Of a DNA stretch of 64,000 nt, positions 1 through 9,439 are shown piece after piece. The notes below the pieces were generated by a model. That model did no database searches, was not told where the DNA came from, and saw only the letters and a list, made by a program, of their open reading frames with translations. Source of the stretch: Candidatus Multivorans sp. (GTDB lineage: Bacteria > Acidobacteriota > Thermoanaerobaculia > Multivoradales > Multivoraceae); NCBI GenBank assembly GCA_965224025.1, contig OZ245033.1:3328001-3392000 (forward strand). The letters are read 5' to 3'. The stretch's first letter is position 1. Each line of letters opens with the position of its first letter. The position numbers and the translations under genes are program-made.

Positions 1-195
1 GGCGTCTTTGATCCCGAGCCGGCGCCGGGTGGCGTCGAGTTTGTCCCAATCGAAGCCGCCCTTGCGGCGCTTGGAGCAGCCGACGAGTTCGACGGCGGGC
101 TCGCCACGCTTCGTGACGACGACCCGCTCACCGTTCTGGGCGGCGGTGACGAGCTCTGAGAGTCGAGCTTTCGCCTCGGTGATTGCGAGTTCCAC
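1..195 (-). CDS. Phd/YefM-family antitoxin (3' end outside window)
   Basis: Not in ORF track. Manual translation from GTG at 195 with GGAGG RBS: MELAITEAKARLSELVTAAQNGERVVVTKRGEPAVELV..., the typical Phd N-terminal pattern. Confidence 0.85.
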   Translation of the reverse strand, partial: MELAITEAKARLSELVTAAQNGERVVVTKRGEPAVELVGCSKRRKGGFDWDKLDATRRRLGIKDA

Positions 196-224
196 GGGAA
201 GCCTCCTGCAGCGGAGATCCTACT

Positions 225-234
225 CGACTAGTCG
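225..234. promoter_or_regulatory. Palindrome CGACTAGTCG, candidate antitoxin autoregulatory operator
   Basis: Perfect 10-bp palindrome about 30 nt upstream of the antitoxin start, next to a TAGGAT -10-like box on the minus strand. Confidence 0.35.
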
Positions 235-277
235 TCTTCGAGGCGAGGACACGGCTCGCGCCGGATGCCGGTCCGAA

Positions 278-344
278 CCCGGGTGGCGCGGTCCGCGCCA
301 CCTGTGCACCAGTCCGTGCGCCGTCATCGGGTGCACGGATGGCA
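278..344. repeat. Double-hairpin miniature element, copy A (intergenic)
   Basis: CCCGGGTGGCGCG..CGCGCCACC followed by TCCGTGCGCC GTCATC GGGTGCACGGATGGCA; closely similar to 41315-41382 and 43022-43090. Confidence 0.85.
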
Positions 345-361
345 GGTCGGCGCACCCAGTT

Positions 362-2893
362 CTAGCCGCCGTCCGCTTCCAGACCCGGGCGCACCAGCCG
401 CAACGGACCGGTGCGCTCGTAGCGGTGGGCCGGCGTGTTCAGCACGGCGGCCAGTTCCGCGGCCTGGAAGGAGGCCTCGACCCGTTCCGGGGGCGGCGTG
501 CCGTAAGGCGTCGTCCGCTGTCTCGGGATGCGGCCGGCGCTCCGGATCAATGCGTCCATCTCCGACGGCGGCAGTTCCTGGCCATGCTCGGAACCGGCGG
601 CGCGGGTGATGCTCTCGTTCATCAACGTGCCGCCGAGGTCGTTCACGCCGGCCCGGAGGCAGGCCGCGACGCCTTCCGGCCCCATCTTGACCCAGGAGGC
701 CTGGACGTTCTCGAACCAGGGGTGAAGCGCCAGCCGGGCCACCGCGTGCATGAGCACCGCCTCCCGGAAAGTCGGTCCCTTGCGGGCGCGGCCCTTGAGG
801 TAGAGCGGCGCCTCCATGTGGACGAAGGGCAACGGCACGAACTCGGTGAAGCCGCGGGTGCGCTTCTGCAGGTCGCGCAGGCGGAGCAGGTGCCGTGCCC
901 AGTTGCGCGGACCGTCGACGTGGCCGTACATGATCGTCGCCGTCGTGCGGTAGCCGACGCCGTGGGCGGTCTCCATCACCTCGAGCCACTGGTCCGTGTT
1001 CAGCTTGTCGGGGCAGATGATCGCGCGAATCTCGTCGTCGAGGATCTCGGCGGCCGTGCCGGGCAGGGTGCCCAGGCCCGCCTCCTTGAGGAGCAGCAGG
1101 TAGTCGCGCAAGGGCATGTCGAGGGTCGCCGCCCCCTGCCAGACCTCGAGCGGCGAGAAGGCGTGGACGTGGATCTCAGGGACCGCTTCCTTCACCGCGC
1201 GGCAGATGCCGAGGTAGGTCTCGCCCGTGTAATCCGGATGGATGCCGCCCTGCATGCAGACTTCCGTCGCGCCGCGCTGCCAGGCCTCCACGGTGCGGCG
1301 CATGACCTCTTCGAGTTCGAGGTCGTAGGGCTTGCCGCGCAGGTTCTCGCTCAGCTTGCCTTTGGAGAAGGCGCAGAACTGGCACTTGAAGTAGCAGACG
1401 TTCGTGTAGTTGATGTTCCGGTTGACGACGTAGGTCACCGTGTCGCCGTTCACCTCGCGGCGGATGGCGTCGGCGGCGGAACACACGGCCGTGAAGTCGG
1501 CGCCGCGGGCGCCGAACAGGGTGGCGATCTGGCCTTCGGTCAGGTCCTCCCCTGAGCGGGCGCGGTCGAGAATCGCCTGGATGGGCGCCCGGCCCCCGGC
1601 GCCGTTCCTGTTGCCGTTTCCGTTGGCGTTCCAGACGGCCGGCGCCGTGACCGCGTCCAGCAGCTCGCGTGGCGGCGTCTGTTCGCCGGGAGACCATTCG
1701 TCGGTGCGCGGCAGCCCGGTGGCGTCGATCCGTTGCAGGACCGCGGCGCGGACACCGCCCATGCGGCGGACGTCGCGGCTCTGGCCGCGGCCGTCGTCGA
1801 GCCAGCGTTCGCCACAGGTAGCCCACTCCGGGTAGACGGTCAGCCGCTCGACCAGGGTCTTGCCGGCCAGGGCGGTCTCTTCGGCGAGGCGTTCGAGGTG
1901 CGGCCAGGGGGCCTCCGGGTTGACGAAGTCGGGCGTGACCGGCGATACGCCGCCCCAGTCGTCGATGCCGGCGGCAACGAGTTGCGGCAGGACGCCCGGG
2001 CTCAGGTTCGGCGGCGCCTGAATGTGCATCTCGGGTCCGAGCACGAGGCGCGCCGCGGCGATCGTCCACAGCAGGTCCTCAAGGGTCGGCTCGGGTGCGT
2101 CCGCCATCCGGGTCTCGGGCTTGGCCCGGAAGTTCTGGATGATGACCTCCTGGATATGGCCGTACTCGTCGTGCAGGTCGCGCATCGCGAGCAGGGCGTC
2201 GATCCGTTCCTCGCGGGTCTCGCCGATGCCGATCAGGATGCCGGAGGTGAAGGGCACCCGCGCCTCGCCGGCCATCCTGAGTGTCTCCAGCCTGCGCTGT
2301 GGAACCTTGTCGGGACAGCCGTAGTGTGCCTGACCCTTCTCGTGCAGCCGCGTCGAGACGCTCTCCAGCATGATGCCCATGGACGGCGACACGGGGCGTA
2401 GACGTTCGATGTCCCCGGCGGTCATCAGGCCAGGATTCAGATGGGGCAGGAGCCCGGTTTCGGTCAGCACCCGTTCCGCGGCTTCGCGCAGGTACGAGAG
2501 GGTCGTGTCGTGGCCGAGTTCGGCCAGACCTTCCCGGGCCGCCTTGTATCGCAACTCCGGCTTGTCGCCGAGGGTGAAGAGCGCTTCCTTGCAGCCGGCG
2601 GCGGCGGCGAGGCGGGCCTGGTTCAGGACGGTGTCGAGCGGCATGTAGGCCGCCTCGCCCTTCTTCGGGGGCTGGGCGAAGACGCAGTAGTGGCAGATGT
2701 CCCGGCACAGGTGGGTCAGCGGCAGGAAGACCTTGCGCGAGTAGGAGACCAGGTTGCCGTGGCTGCGGTCGCGCAGTTCGCCGGCGACCTCGATCAGCTT
2801 GTCGAGACCGTTGCCCGCGTCGGTCCGGCTGAGCGCACGCGCTTCTTCGGCCGTGGGGCGGCGGTCGAGATACGTGGTGATCGGCGGGGACAC
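362..2893 (-). CDS. fbiC: Bifunctional FO synthase (CofG-CofH fusion)
   Basis: Two radical-SAM CxxxCxxC motifs (CRDICHYC, CYFKCQFC); IIQNFRAKP, DWGGVSPVTPD, NRNINYTNVC and NDLGGTLMNESITRAAG motifs. Confidence 0.95.
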   Translation of the reverse strand: MSPPITTYLDRRPTAEEARALSRTDAGNGLDKLIEVAGELRDRSHGNLVSYSRKVFLPLTHLCRDICHYCVFAQPPKKGEAAYMPLDTVLNQARLAAAAGCKEALFTLGDKPELRYKAAREGLAELGHDTTLSYLREAAERVLTETGLLPHLNPGLMTAGDIERLRPVSPSMGIMLESVSTRLHEKGQAHYGCPDKVPQRRLETLRMAGEARVPFTSGILIGIGETREERIDALLAMRDLHDEYGHIQEVIIQNFRAKPETRMADAPEPTLEDLLWTIAAARLVLGPEMHIQAPPNLSPGVLPQLVAAGIDDWGGVSPVTPDFVNPEAPWPHLERLAEETALAGKTLVERLTVYPEWATCGERWLDDGRGQSRDVRRMGGVRAAVLQRIDATGLPRTDEWSPGEQTPPRELLDAVTAPAVWNANGNGNRNGAGGRAPIQAILDRARSGEDLTEGQIATLFGARGADFTAVCSAADAIRREVNGDTVTYVVNRNINYTNVCYFKCQFCAFSKGKLSENLRGKPYDLELEEVMRRTVEAWQRGATEVCMQGGIHPDYTGETYLGICRAVKEAVPEIHVHAFSPLEVWQGAATLDMPLRDYLLLLKEAGLGTLPGTAAEILDDEIRAIICPDKLNTDQWLEVMETAHGVGYRTTATIMYGHVDGPRNWARHLLRLRDLQKRTRGFTEFVPLPFVHMEAPLYLKGRARKGPTFREAVLMHAVARLALHPWFENVQASWVKMGPEGVAACLRAGVNDLGGTLMNESITRAAGSEHGQELPPSEMDALIRSAGRIPRQRTTPYGTPPPERVEASFQAAELAAVLNTPAHRYERTGPLRLVRPGLEADGG

Positions 2894-2938
2894 AACAGAC
2901 CTGCAGGCCGGCGGGGGAAGGGCTGAGACCGAACGGTA

Positions 2939-3649
2939 TCAGCCCGGACCTTGGCCGCTTCCCAGCCTCTTTGCTGTGCCGATGGCGTTCAAGAAACGGG
3001 CGCTCCGGCTCGAATTGTCGCGGCGCAGCAGTTCGGCCAGGTCGTCCGGATGGTCGACATCCAGGCTCAGTCCGTCGAGTTCGAGGCTGGAGGCCGCGGC
3101 GCCGGAGCGTTCCGCTTCGCGTAGATGCGCGTGGAAGCTGCCGTCGCCGAAGCGGAACGGAATGCAACCGGGCGGCGAGCAGGCGAGGGCGTTGGTGCCC
3201 GAGCGGAAGCGGTCGGGCGCCACGGTGACCGTGGCGCGCGGCGCTCCCTTTTTGGCAGCGCCTTGTCCGTTTTCCAGGTGGTGGTCGCAGAGCGCGTCCA
3301 GGTCGGCCGACTTCACCAGGGGCAGGTCGATCGGCAATACCAGCATCGTCGAAGCGGCCCGCCGCTTCAGTTCCTCCGCGGCGGTGCCCAGCGCCCGGTT
3401 CAGGCCGCGCCGGGGTTCGGCAAGGAGCTCGCAGCCGGCGGCGGCCAGGTACTCGCCGGCCACCGGGTCCGAGGTAACGGCGAGTACGCCGTCGATCCGG
3501 GAGGCGCCCCCGATCGCGCCCAGCAGGTCGTCGAGCATGGAGCGGGCGAGCTCCTGACGCTCCTCGCCGCTCAGGACCGGGGACAACCGCCGCTTGGCCT
3601 CGGCCCAGGCCTTGACCGGCAGGACGGTCCAGAGACGGCCGGCGCTCAC
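2939..3649 (-). CDS. cofC: F420 pathway guanylyltransferase CofC/FbiD
   Basis: LPVK..AKRRLSPVLS, GLN, DLP, GTNAL, FG.GSF..H and LDVDHPDDL motifs; lies in the F420 operon. Confidence 0.93.
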   Translation of the reverse strand: MSAGRLWTVLPVKAWAEAKRRLSPVLSGEERQELARSMLDDLLGAIGGASRIDGVLAVTSDPVAGEYLAAAGCELLAEPRRGLNRALGTAAEELKRRAASTMLVLPIDLPLVKSADLDALCDHHLENGQGAAKKGAPRATVTVAPDRFRSGTNALACSPPGCIPFRFGDGSFHAHLREAERSGAAASSLELDGLSLDVDHPDDLAELLRRDNSSRSARFLNAIGTAKRLGSGQGPG

Positions 3650-4653
3650 GGTTCGCGTTCCGTAGGCGCGCCGGCCCGAGCCTGCCGCCGTGGTTCAATG
3701 CTCCGGGCGAAGTCGAGCACTTCGCGCGCCAGGCGCTCCCGGTCGGCCAGACTTTTCATCACCGTGCCGGTGACCAGGGTCGGCAGACCGAGATCCTCGA
3801 TCTCCGCCGCATCGGAAGCGTCGGCGCGGTCGACGACGAAGCCATCGAGAAGATCGCGCTCGCGGTAGTGGCGGGCGACAGCCGCCGCGGTTACGGGCAT
3901 CTGTAGTTCCGCCATCATCTTCGCTGCCGGACCCTTGATGGCTTGACCGCCGACGATCGGCGACACCGCGACCACGGGCGCGGCGCTGTCTCGAAGAGCC
4001 GCCTCGATTCCCGGCAACGCCAGCAACGGATCGACACTGACGAAGGGGTTCGAAGGACAGATGACGACCGCCGCCGTCGCATCGTCTTCGAGCGCCGCGA
4101 TGAAGTCGGGCGCCGGACGGGCGGCATCGACGCCCTCGAAGCGGAAGCCGGTCACGGCGGGGGCGCAGCGGTCGCGCACGAAGTAGTGCTGGAAGCTGAG
4201 TTCGCCGGACGGCGTGTCGACGACCGTGCGGATGGGATCATCGCTCATCGGCAGGATCTCGGCTTCGACGCCGAGTGCCCGGCACAGTGCGTCGGTCACC
4301 GCGGTCAGGCTCTCGCCGGCCCGGAGCCTGCGGGTTCGCTCGACGTGGGTCGCCAGATCCCGGTCGCCGAGCCGGAACCAGGTCTCGCCGCCGAGTTGGG
4401 AGAGTGCCTCCAGGAAGGACCGGGTTTCGTGCGCCTGACCCCATCCCGTGACGCGGTTCGCGACGCCGGAGAGGGTGTACATCACCGTGTCGAGATCGGG
4501 ACAGACCCGCAACCCGAGGTGGTCGAAGTCGTCGGCGGTGTTGCAGACCACGGTCAACGCTTCCGGCGACAGGACGCGGGACAGGCCGAGTGCGAGCTTC
4601 GCGCCGCCGACGCCGCCCGACAGCGCGAGGCAGCGGTGCGGAGCGGTGGTCAC
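3646..4653 (-). CDS. cofD: 2-phospho-L-lactate transferase CofD/FbiA
   Basis: LSGGVGGAKL, NTADD, PDLDTVMYTL, WFRLGDRDLATH, CPSNPFVS, KGPAAKMM; GTG at 4653 overlaps the cofE stop. Confidence 0.95.
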   Translation of the reverse strand: MTTAPHRCLALSGGVGGAKLALGLSRVLSPEALTVVCNTADDFDHLGLRVCPDLDTVMYTLSGVANRVTGWGQAHETRSFLEALSQLGGETWFRLGDRDLATHVERTRRLRAGESLTAVTDALCRALGVEAEILPMSDDPIRTVVDTPSGELSFQHYFVRDRCAPAVTGFRFEGVDAARPAPDFIAALEDDATAAVVICPSNPFVSVDPLLALPGIEAALRDSAAPVVAVSPIVGGQAIKGPAAKMMAELQMPVTAAAVARHYRERDLLDGFVVDRADASDAAEIEDLGLPTLVTGTVMKSLADRERLAREVLDFARSIEPRRQARAGAPTEREP

Positions 4654-5411
4654 CGGAACAGGTCCTGGTTGCGCGGCCGCAGCAGGTCGCGGGCGGTCTG
4701 GGCCGGCCCGAGTTTCCGCAGACCGCGGACGCGGACTACCGGCGTGCCCTCGGCGCCCTCGCCCTGGACGATCTGTGCCGCGCTTGCGACCTGGTCGGCG
4801 GCGCCGGTCTCGGAAACCAGGAGTTCGCGTCCGAACAGATCGCGTTCGCCCCGGAGGTCCCACAGCGCGGTCATGCCCGCGACGCCGATAGCCAGCCCGA
4901 CGGTGCCCAGGCGCCAGGCTCGGCCGACGCTGTCGTTGACAATGACCCCGAGCTCGTCGATTCCGAAGCGAGCCGCCAGGGCGTCTCGCAGAGCCGCCGC
5001 GGAGGCGTCCGGATCTTCAGGCAGGAGCAGGGCGTAGCCGTGGTCGTCGCCCGGTCGGAGGTTCGACTGATCGATGCCCGCGTTCGCCATGATCAGACCG
5101 AGCCGGTGCTCGACGACGATGACGCCGGGCGCCGTGCGAAGCACTTCGTTCGACTCGCGAAGGATCAGCTCGATCAGGCGCGGGTCCTTGTCGACCTCCC
5201 TTGCGAGCCGAACGGCCTCGACGCGCGGCGCCACGGCGGCCAGCTCGACAATCCGGCCCTCGGCCTTGGAGACGATCTTCTGGGCGACTACGAGCACATC
5301 GCCGGGCCGCAACTTCAGGCGCGCCCGGCGCATCGCCTCGGCGATCAAGGCGGCCAGATCGTCATCGGGTTGGACCTCGGGCAGGCCGGGTACGGACTTG
5401 ATGCTCAGCAT
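4650..5411 (-). CDS. cofE: F420-0:L-glutamate ligase (CofE domain only, no nitroreductase domain)
   Basis: QKIVSKAEGR, ANAGIDQSN, LLPEDPDASA, DSVGRAWRLG, DLRG..DLFGREL motifs. Confidence 0.95.
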   Translation of the reverse strand: MLSIKSVPGLPEVQPDDDLAALIAEAMRRARLKLRPGDVLVVAQKIVSKAEGRIVELAAVAPRVEAVRLAREVDKDPRLIELILRESNEVLRTAPGVIVVEHRLGLIMANAGIDQSNLRPGDDHGYALLLPEDPDASAAALRDALAARFGIDELGVIVNDSVGRAWRLGTVGLAIGVAGMTALWDLRGERDLFGRELLVSETGAADQVASAAQIVQGEGAEGTPVVRVRGLRKLGPAQTARDLLRPRNQDLFR

Positions 5412-5500
5412 GATGCAGGAGGCGCGACGGTCGGAATCCGAAGGCTACCCGCCGTGTCGCGGCGAGTGCCGCGCGTGAGGCGGCCGCGGGCCAACGGTCT

Positions 5501-6205
5501 TCAGGGCGTACGGGTCGGTTCGCCGGTGATCCGGATCCCGGCGCCGGCAATGCCGTACTTCCGGTTCAACTGGATCAGGATGGATGTCAGGGCTTCCGCC
5601 GCGGCCGCGTTGTCGAGCGGCCCGGCGTGCCAGCCGCGCATCCCCAGCGCCTCGATCAGTTCGATGGCCTCGGCGCGCGCGGCCGGGTCGTCGGAGGTAA
5701 CCAGTACATCGCAGTCCACGGCGTCGTCCTCGCGCAGGTGCGCGGCGCCGACGTTCTGGAAGGCGGACACCACCCGCACGTCCGGGCCGACGGTCTGCTG
5801 GGCGATGACCGCGGCGCAGCCCTCGTCGGGGAGCTGCACCCGCGCGACCTTCGGCGGCACGAGCGGCACCGTGCAGTCGATCAGGATCTTCCCCTGCAGC
5901 GCATCGCGGACCCCCTCCAGGGTGGCCCGCTGGAAGGCATACGGCACCGTCAACACGACGAGGTCGCCTTCCTCGGCGGCGGTCAGGTTGTCCGTGCCGC
6001 GGACGGTCGGGGCCAAACCAAGCGCGCGAAGCTGTTCGTTCACGTCTTCGGCGGAGCCCGCGCCCTTCTCTCGCGAACGCGAACCGATGACGATCCGATA
6101 GCCGGCCGCCGCCCAGCGCCGGGCGAGGCCTCCGCCGAGGTCGCCGGTGGCGCCGAGCATGGCGAGGGTGGGTCTTGGGGAACTGGCGGACTCGTTTTCT
6201 GACAT
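5501..6205 (-). CDS. npdG: NADPH-dependent F420 reductase
   Basis: GATGDLGGGLA, IGSRS.EK, DCTVPL, VVSAFQNV, AGPLDNA motifs; adjacent to F420 genes. Confidence 0.9.
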   Translation of the reverse strand: MSENESASSPRPTLAMLGATGDLGGGLARRWAAAGYRIVIGSRSREKGAGSAEDVNEQLRALGLAPTVRGTDNLTAAEEGDLVVLTVPYAFQRATLEGVRDALQGKILIDCTVPLVPPKVARVQLPDEGCAAVIAQQTVGPDVRVVSAFQNVGAAHLREDDAVDCDVLVTSDDPAARAEAIELIEALGMRGWHAGPLDNAAAAEALTSILIQLNRKYGIAGAGIRITGEPTRTP

Positions 6206-6308
6206 GACGGTTCCAGTGGCTTGCAGGGAAGTTTGCCGCGCTGCTGGTGAGCGCTCCGGGCGCGAGGGCGGCGATCGTACACCGCCGGGACGCCGGCCTT
6301 GCTGGCCT

Positions 6309-7106
6309 TTACTTCCGTCGCCGGTGGAGCGTCACCGCGTCGACCTCCTGCTTGCGCTCCCACCAGTTCTGGTAGAGGTCGAGCGCGAACATGAGCAGGA
6401 GGATGAAGATGACGATCCACTGCGGGATGTACGGAGTGGGGGAGCCGTTCACGGTCAGGTGGGCGCTGTGGCCGCCCTCGAGGATCAGCACGAAGCCGAT
6501 CAGCAGGAGCACGAAGAGGCCGAGGATCTCGAACTCGGGGTTCGAGCTGAGGAACCGCGAGATCGGGCCCGCGAAGAGCAGCATCAACGCCACGGAGATG
6601 AGTACCGAGCCGACCATGACCGCGAAGATGTCGGTCATGCCGACGACGGTGAGGATGGAGTCGACCGAGAAGATCAGGTTCATGCCGACGATCAGGGTCA
6701 CGACCTCGGCGAAACGGCTTGCCTTCGCGACCTCGTGTTCCACGGCCTTGAGCTTGATCCGGAGCTCCTTGACGCCCTTCCAGACCAGGAACAGACCGCC
6801 GATCACCAGCACCAGGGACTTGCCGTCGACCCGGCCGGAAACCTCGACGCCCAGGAACGAGCCGTCGGGATGCCAGAGTTGAGTGGTTGCCGCCTGCAGG
6901 ACCAGGCTGACGACCAGCAGGAGGACGATGCGGAGCGCCATCGCCAGCACCAGACCGAGCTGGATCGCCTGCTTGCGGCGGGCGGCGGGCAGCTTGTTGG
7001 CGATGATCGTGATGATGATCAGGTTGTCGGCGCCGAGCGCGATCTGAATCAGCGTCACGGAGAACAGGGCCGCCCAGAAGGACGGCTGGGCGATGAGTTC
7101 GATCAT
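6309..7106 (-). CDS. TerC-family membrane protein
   Basis: LGADN, GGLFLVWK, FSVDSILTVVG, LLLIGFVLILEG; multiple hydrophobic helices. Confidence 0.9.
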   Translation of the reverse strand: MIELIAQPSFWAALFSVTLIQIALGADNLIIITIIANKLPAARRKQAIQLGLVLAMALRIVLLLVVSLVLQAATTQLWHPDGSFLGVEVSGRVDGKSLVLVIGGLFLVWKGVKELRIKLKAVEHEVAKASRFAEVVTLIVGMNLIFSVDSILTVVGMTDIFAVMVGSVLISVALMLLFAGPISRFLSSNPEFEILGLFVLLLIGFVLILEGGHSAHLTVNGSPTPYIPQWIVIFILLLMFALDLYQNWWERKQEVDAVTLHRRRK

Positions 7107-7320
7107 CGACGGGGCGCCTTACGACTCGCGTACCGGATCCGGTTACCGCCGCCAAACTCGTCGCTCGCTCCGTGTTTGGCCCCAGCCCCCACCTCACCAG
7201 GAGCTTGCGCCGAGCAACTCACTCCGTTACCTTCCTGCGGCGCAAACTCCTAGGCAGTGCGCCCGTCGTTTTCCCAGCCTTGACCATCAGCAGCCCACCT
7301 CCAGGAGAGTGTTCGACGCC

Positions 7321-7932
7321 ATGAAGCTACACGAAGCCGCCACCGCCCCCAACTGCCGCCGCGTACGCATCTTTCTTGCCGAGAAGGGCATCGAGGTCCC
7401 GATCGTGCCGGTCGACCTGGGCAAAGCCGAGAACCGGCAGGCGCCCTTCCGGAAGAAGAACCCGATGGGCCGCGTCCCGGTGCTCGAGCTCGACGACGGC
7501 GCCTTCATCGCCGAGTCGGTCGCCATCTGCCGCTACTTCGAGCAGTTGCGGCCCGAACCGGCGCTGATGGGCGGCGGCGACCCGGAGCAGGCGGCCCGCA
7601 TCGAGATGTGGCAGCGGCGGATGGAACTCGAGATCGCCCTCCCGATCATGCAGGTCTTCCGCAACACCCACCCGTACTTCGCCCAACTCATCGAGCAGTT
7701 CCCGGACTACGGCGAGGGTCAGCGCCGGCAGGCCACCAAGCGCCTGGCCTGGCTCGACGAGGAGTTGGCCGACCGCGAGTTCGTGGCGGGCGACGAGTAC
7801 TCAATCGCCGACATCACGGCCCAGATCGGGATCGACTTCGGCCGGGTCACCAAGTTCAAGGTCACCGAGGAGACGCCTAACCTCCTGCGCTGGCACCAGG
7901 CGGTGTCGGCGCGGCCGAGCGCGAAGGCCTAA
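7321..7932 (+). CDS. Glutathione S-transferase family protein
   Basis: APNCRRVRIFLAEKG, NPMGRVPVLELDDG, ESVAICRY, YSIADI; AGGAG RBS upstream of ATG 7321. Confidence 0.92.
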   Translation: MKLHEAATAPNCRRVRIFLAEKGIEVPIVPVDLGKAENRQAPFRKKNPMGRVPVLELDDGAFIAESVAICRYFEQLRPEPALMGGGDPEQAARIEMWQRRMELEIALPIMQVFRNTHPYFAQLIEQFPDYGEGQRRQATKRLAWLDEELADREFVAGDEYSIADITAQIGIDFGRVTKFKVTEETPNLLRWHQAVSARPSAKA

Positions 7933-8298
7933 GCGGCCTTAGAGCGATTGCGCGCGGGTGGCTCCGGGACCGCCTACGCGTGATGGGCGAGGCAGCGGTT
8001 TCCCAGGATTCGCACGAGGTGACCGACTAAGGCGCCAGCGCTGGCTCCTCGGCGGTGCCACGTTCCGCTGCGGCCGTGCGGCTATTCCGCCACAGCGGCG
8101 GCAACCGAGACTGGAACTCGGTCCAGACCGGTGCCGTGTCGCAAGGCGCTGGCGGTCCGCCCAAGCGGTGTTCACCGTGCCTACCTAGAAGCGGCGTGTC
8201 AACTGTGGATAGGCAGGATCATGCATTCTAACATCCCGCAGTAGCGAGCCGTCAGAAATCCCTGCTACCCGTCGCTGCGCGGAGTCCTGGCGCCGCTT

Positions 8299-9104
8299 TC
8301 AGCCGCCTGGCCCCACACCGACGCAGTCACCGCAGTTCCTGCTGCCTGGGTCTGTCATCGGGTTCCAACCGTGATCGCGCCAACAATCATGCGTGTCGAG
8401 CATATGGCCCAAGCAGTGGGTAGAGTCATTGGTATTGTTGTCTAAACGATCTTCACCGCCGTCCGAGCACGCCTCGAATTGGCGATGGAGTTCCTCGTCA
8501 CAGGCGCGCGAAGCTTCGGATGGGACCCCGTTCAAACACAAAGTGCACCCGAAGAACCGGATTGCTCTCATGTGCTCCTGGTTGAGATGTCCTCCGGGAT
8601 CCGTTCTTGGGGATTCCCTGCACTCTTTCTCAGTCCACCCGTGGTCCTCATCGGCGACCGCCATCCTTATCACCGCCGCCCCTGAGACGGCGGCGGGTGC
8701 TTTGGGTGGGGTTGGGAAGTAGTTACAAGCTTGTAGACAAGGAAGTCGTTGTAGAGAGCAACTACATCTGAGTCGCTCGCGGTTACGAGAAACTGCTCTA
8801 ACTCTGAATGGATTGAGGTGATATCTGCCGGCCACGTCAGGGAATGTCGGACTACGTGTTCCGGTACGACTCTGTAGGCGGTCAAAGCGAGGTGCTCGTG
8901 GTATTGGAGCTTCGCCCGAGCGCTCATTTTGTCGAAGTTGTGCAGCAGCTTCTTGCGAGCAGTGACCGCGTTGTGAGCGGTGGGTTCGAGCAACATGAGT
9001 GTTTCGCGCTCATCGGGCATCTCGCGTTCATCGGGTGATTGGGACATGGCTGGGGCTACAAGCGCAAGCAGCGCCGCACAGGCAGAAACTAGACACTTCT
9101 TCAT
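8299..9104 (-). CDS. Secreted protein split over two frames (N part 9104-8670; Cys-rich C part in the -1 frame to 8299)
   Basis: GGAGG RBS; signal peptide MKKCLVSACAALLALVAPAMS; downstream frame has 9 Cys including CTLC and CGDC; frames join at C_CCA_AAG (8706-8700). Confidence 0.6.
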
Positions 9105-9439
9105 GGTTGGAGCCTCCTTCGGGTTGTGCTCAGCTCGCCCGTCAGCGCGGGCCTTGTCCGCGAACGATCCCCGGTGGTTACGGTTTGCGCCTAGAACTGT
9201 AGCAGACGCCGGTTGTGTCCTTGGCGTTGGACGCCATCCTTTGGAAGAAGCGCGCTCAGATCATCCCGCAGGGACGCCGAGGAACCTGACTCCGGGCTCG
9301 CGCCCAGGAATCCGCCGCCCGATATGTGCCGCGAAGAGGGTGTAATGGGTCGATGTCCCCGGCCGAGTTGGGGCCGCACTCCAGGAGGCCGAAGGCGTGC
9401 AGGATCCTCGATCGGGGCCTGGGGCGACAGACCGGTGGC

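Noticed and set aside
8-1555. Long antisense or alternate-frame ORFs (e.g. 8-1555, 16517-18526, 28449-30323, 56201-58474)
   Set aside because: Shadow ORFs of high-GC genes; no motifs, and they overlap well-supported genes
7110-7320. yybP-ykoY riboswitch upstream of terC
   Set aside because: I could not find the consensus elements by eye; kept only as an unassigned structured region
7933-8298. Possible small gene remnant after GST
   Set aside because: No convincing RBS, motif or family resemblance
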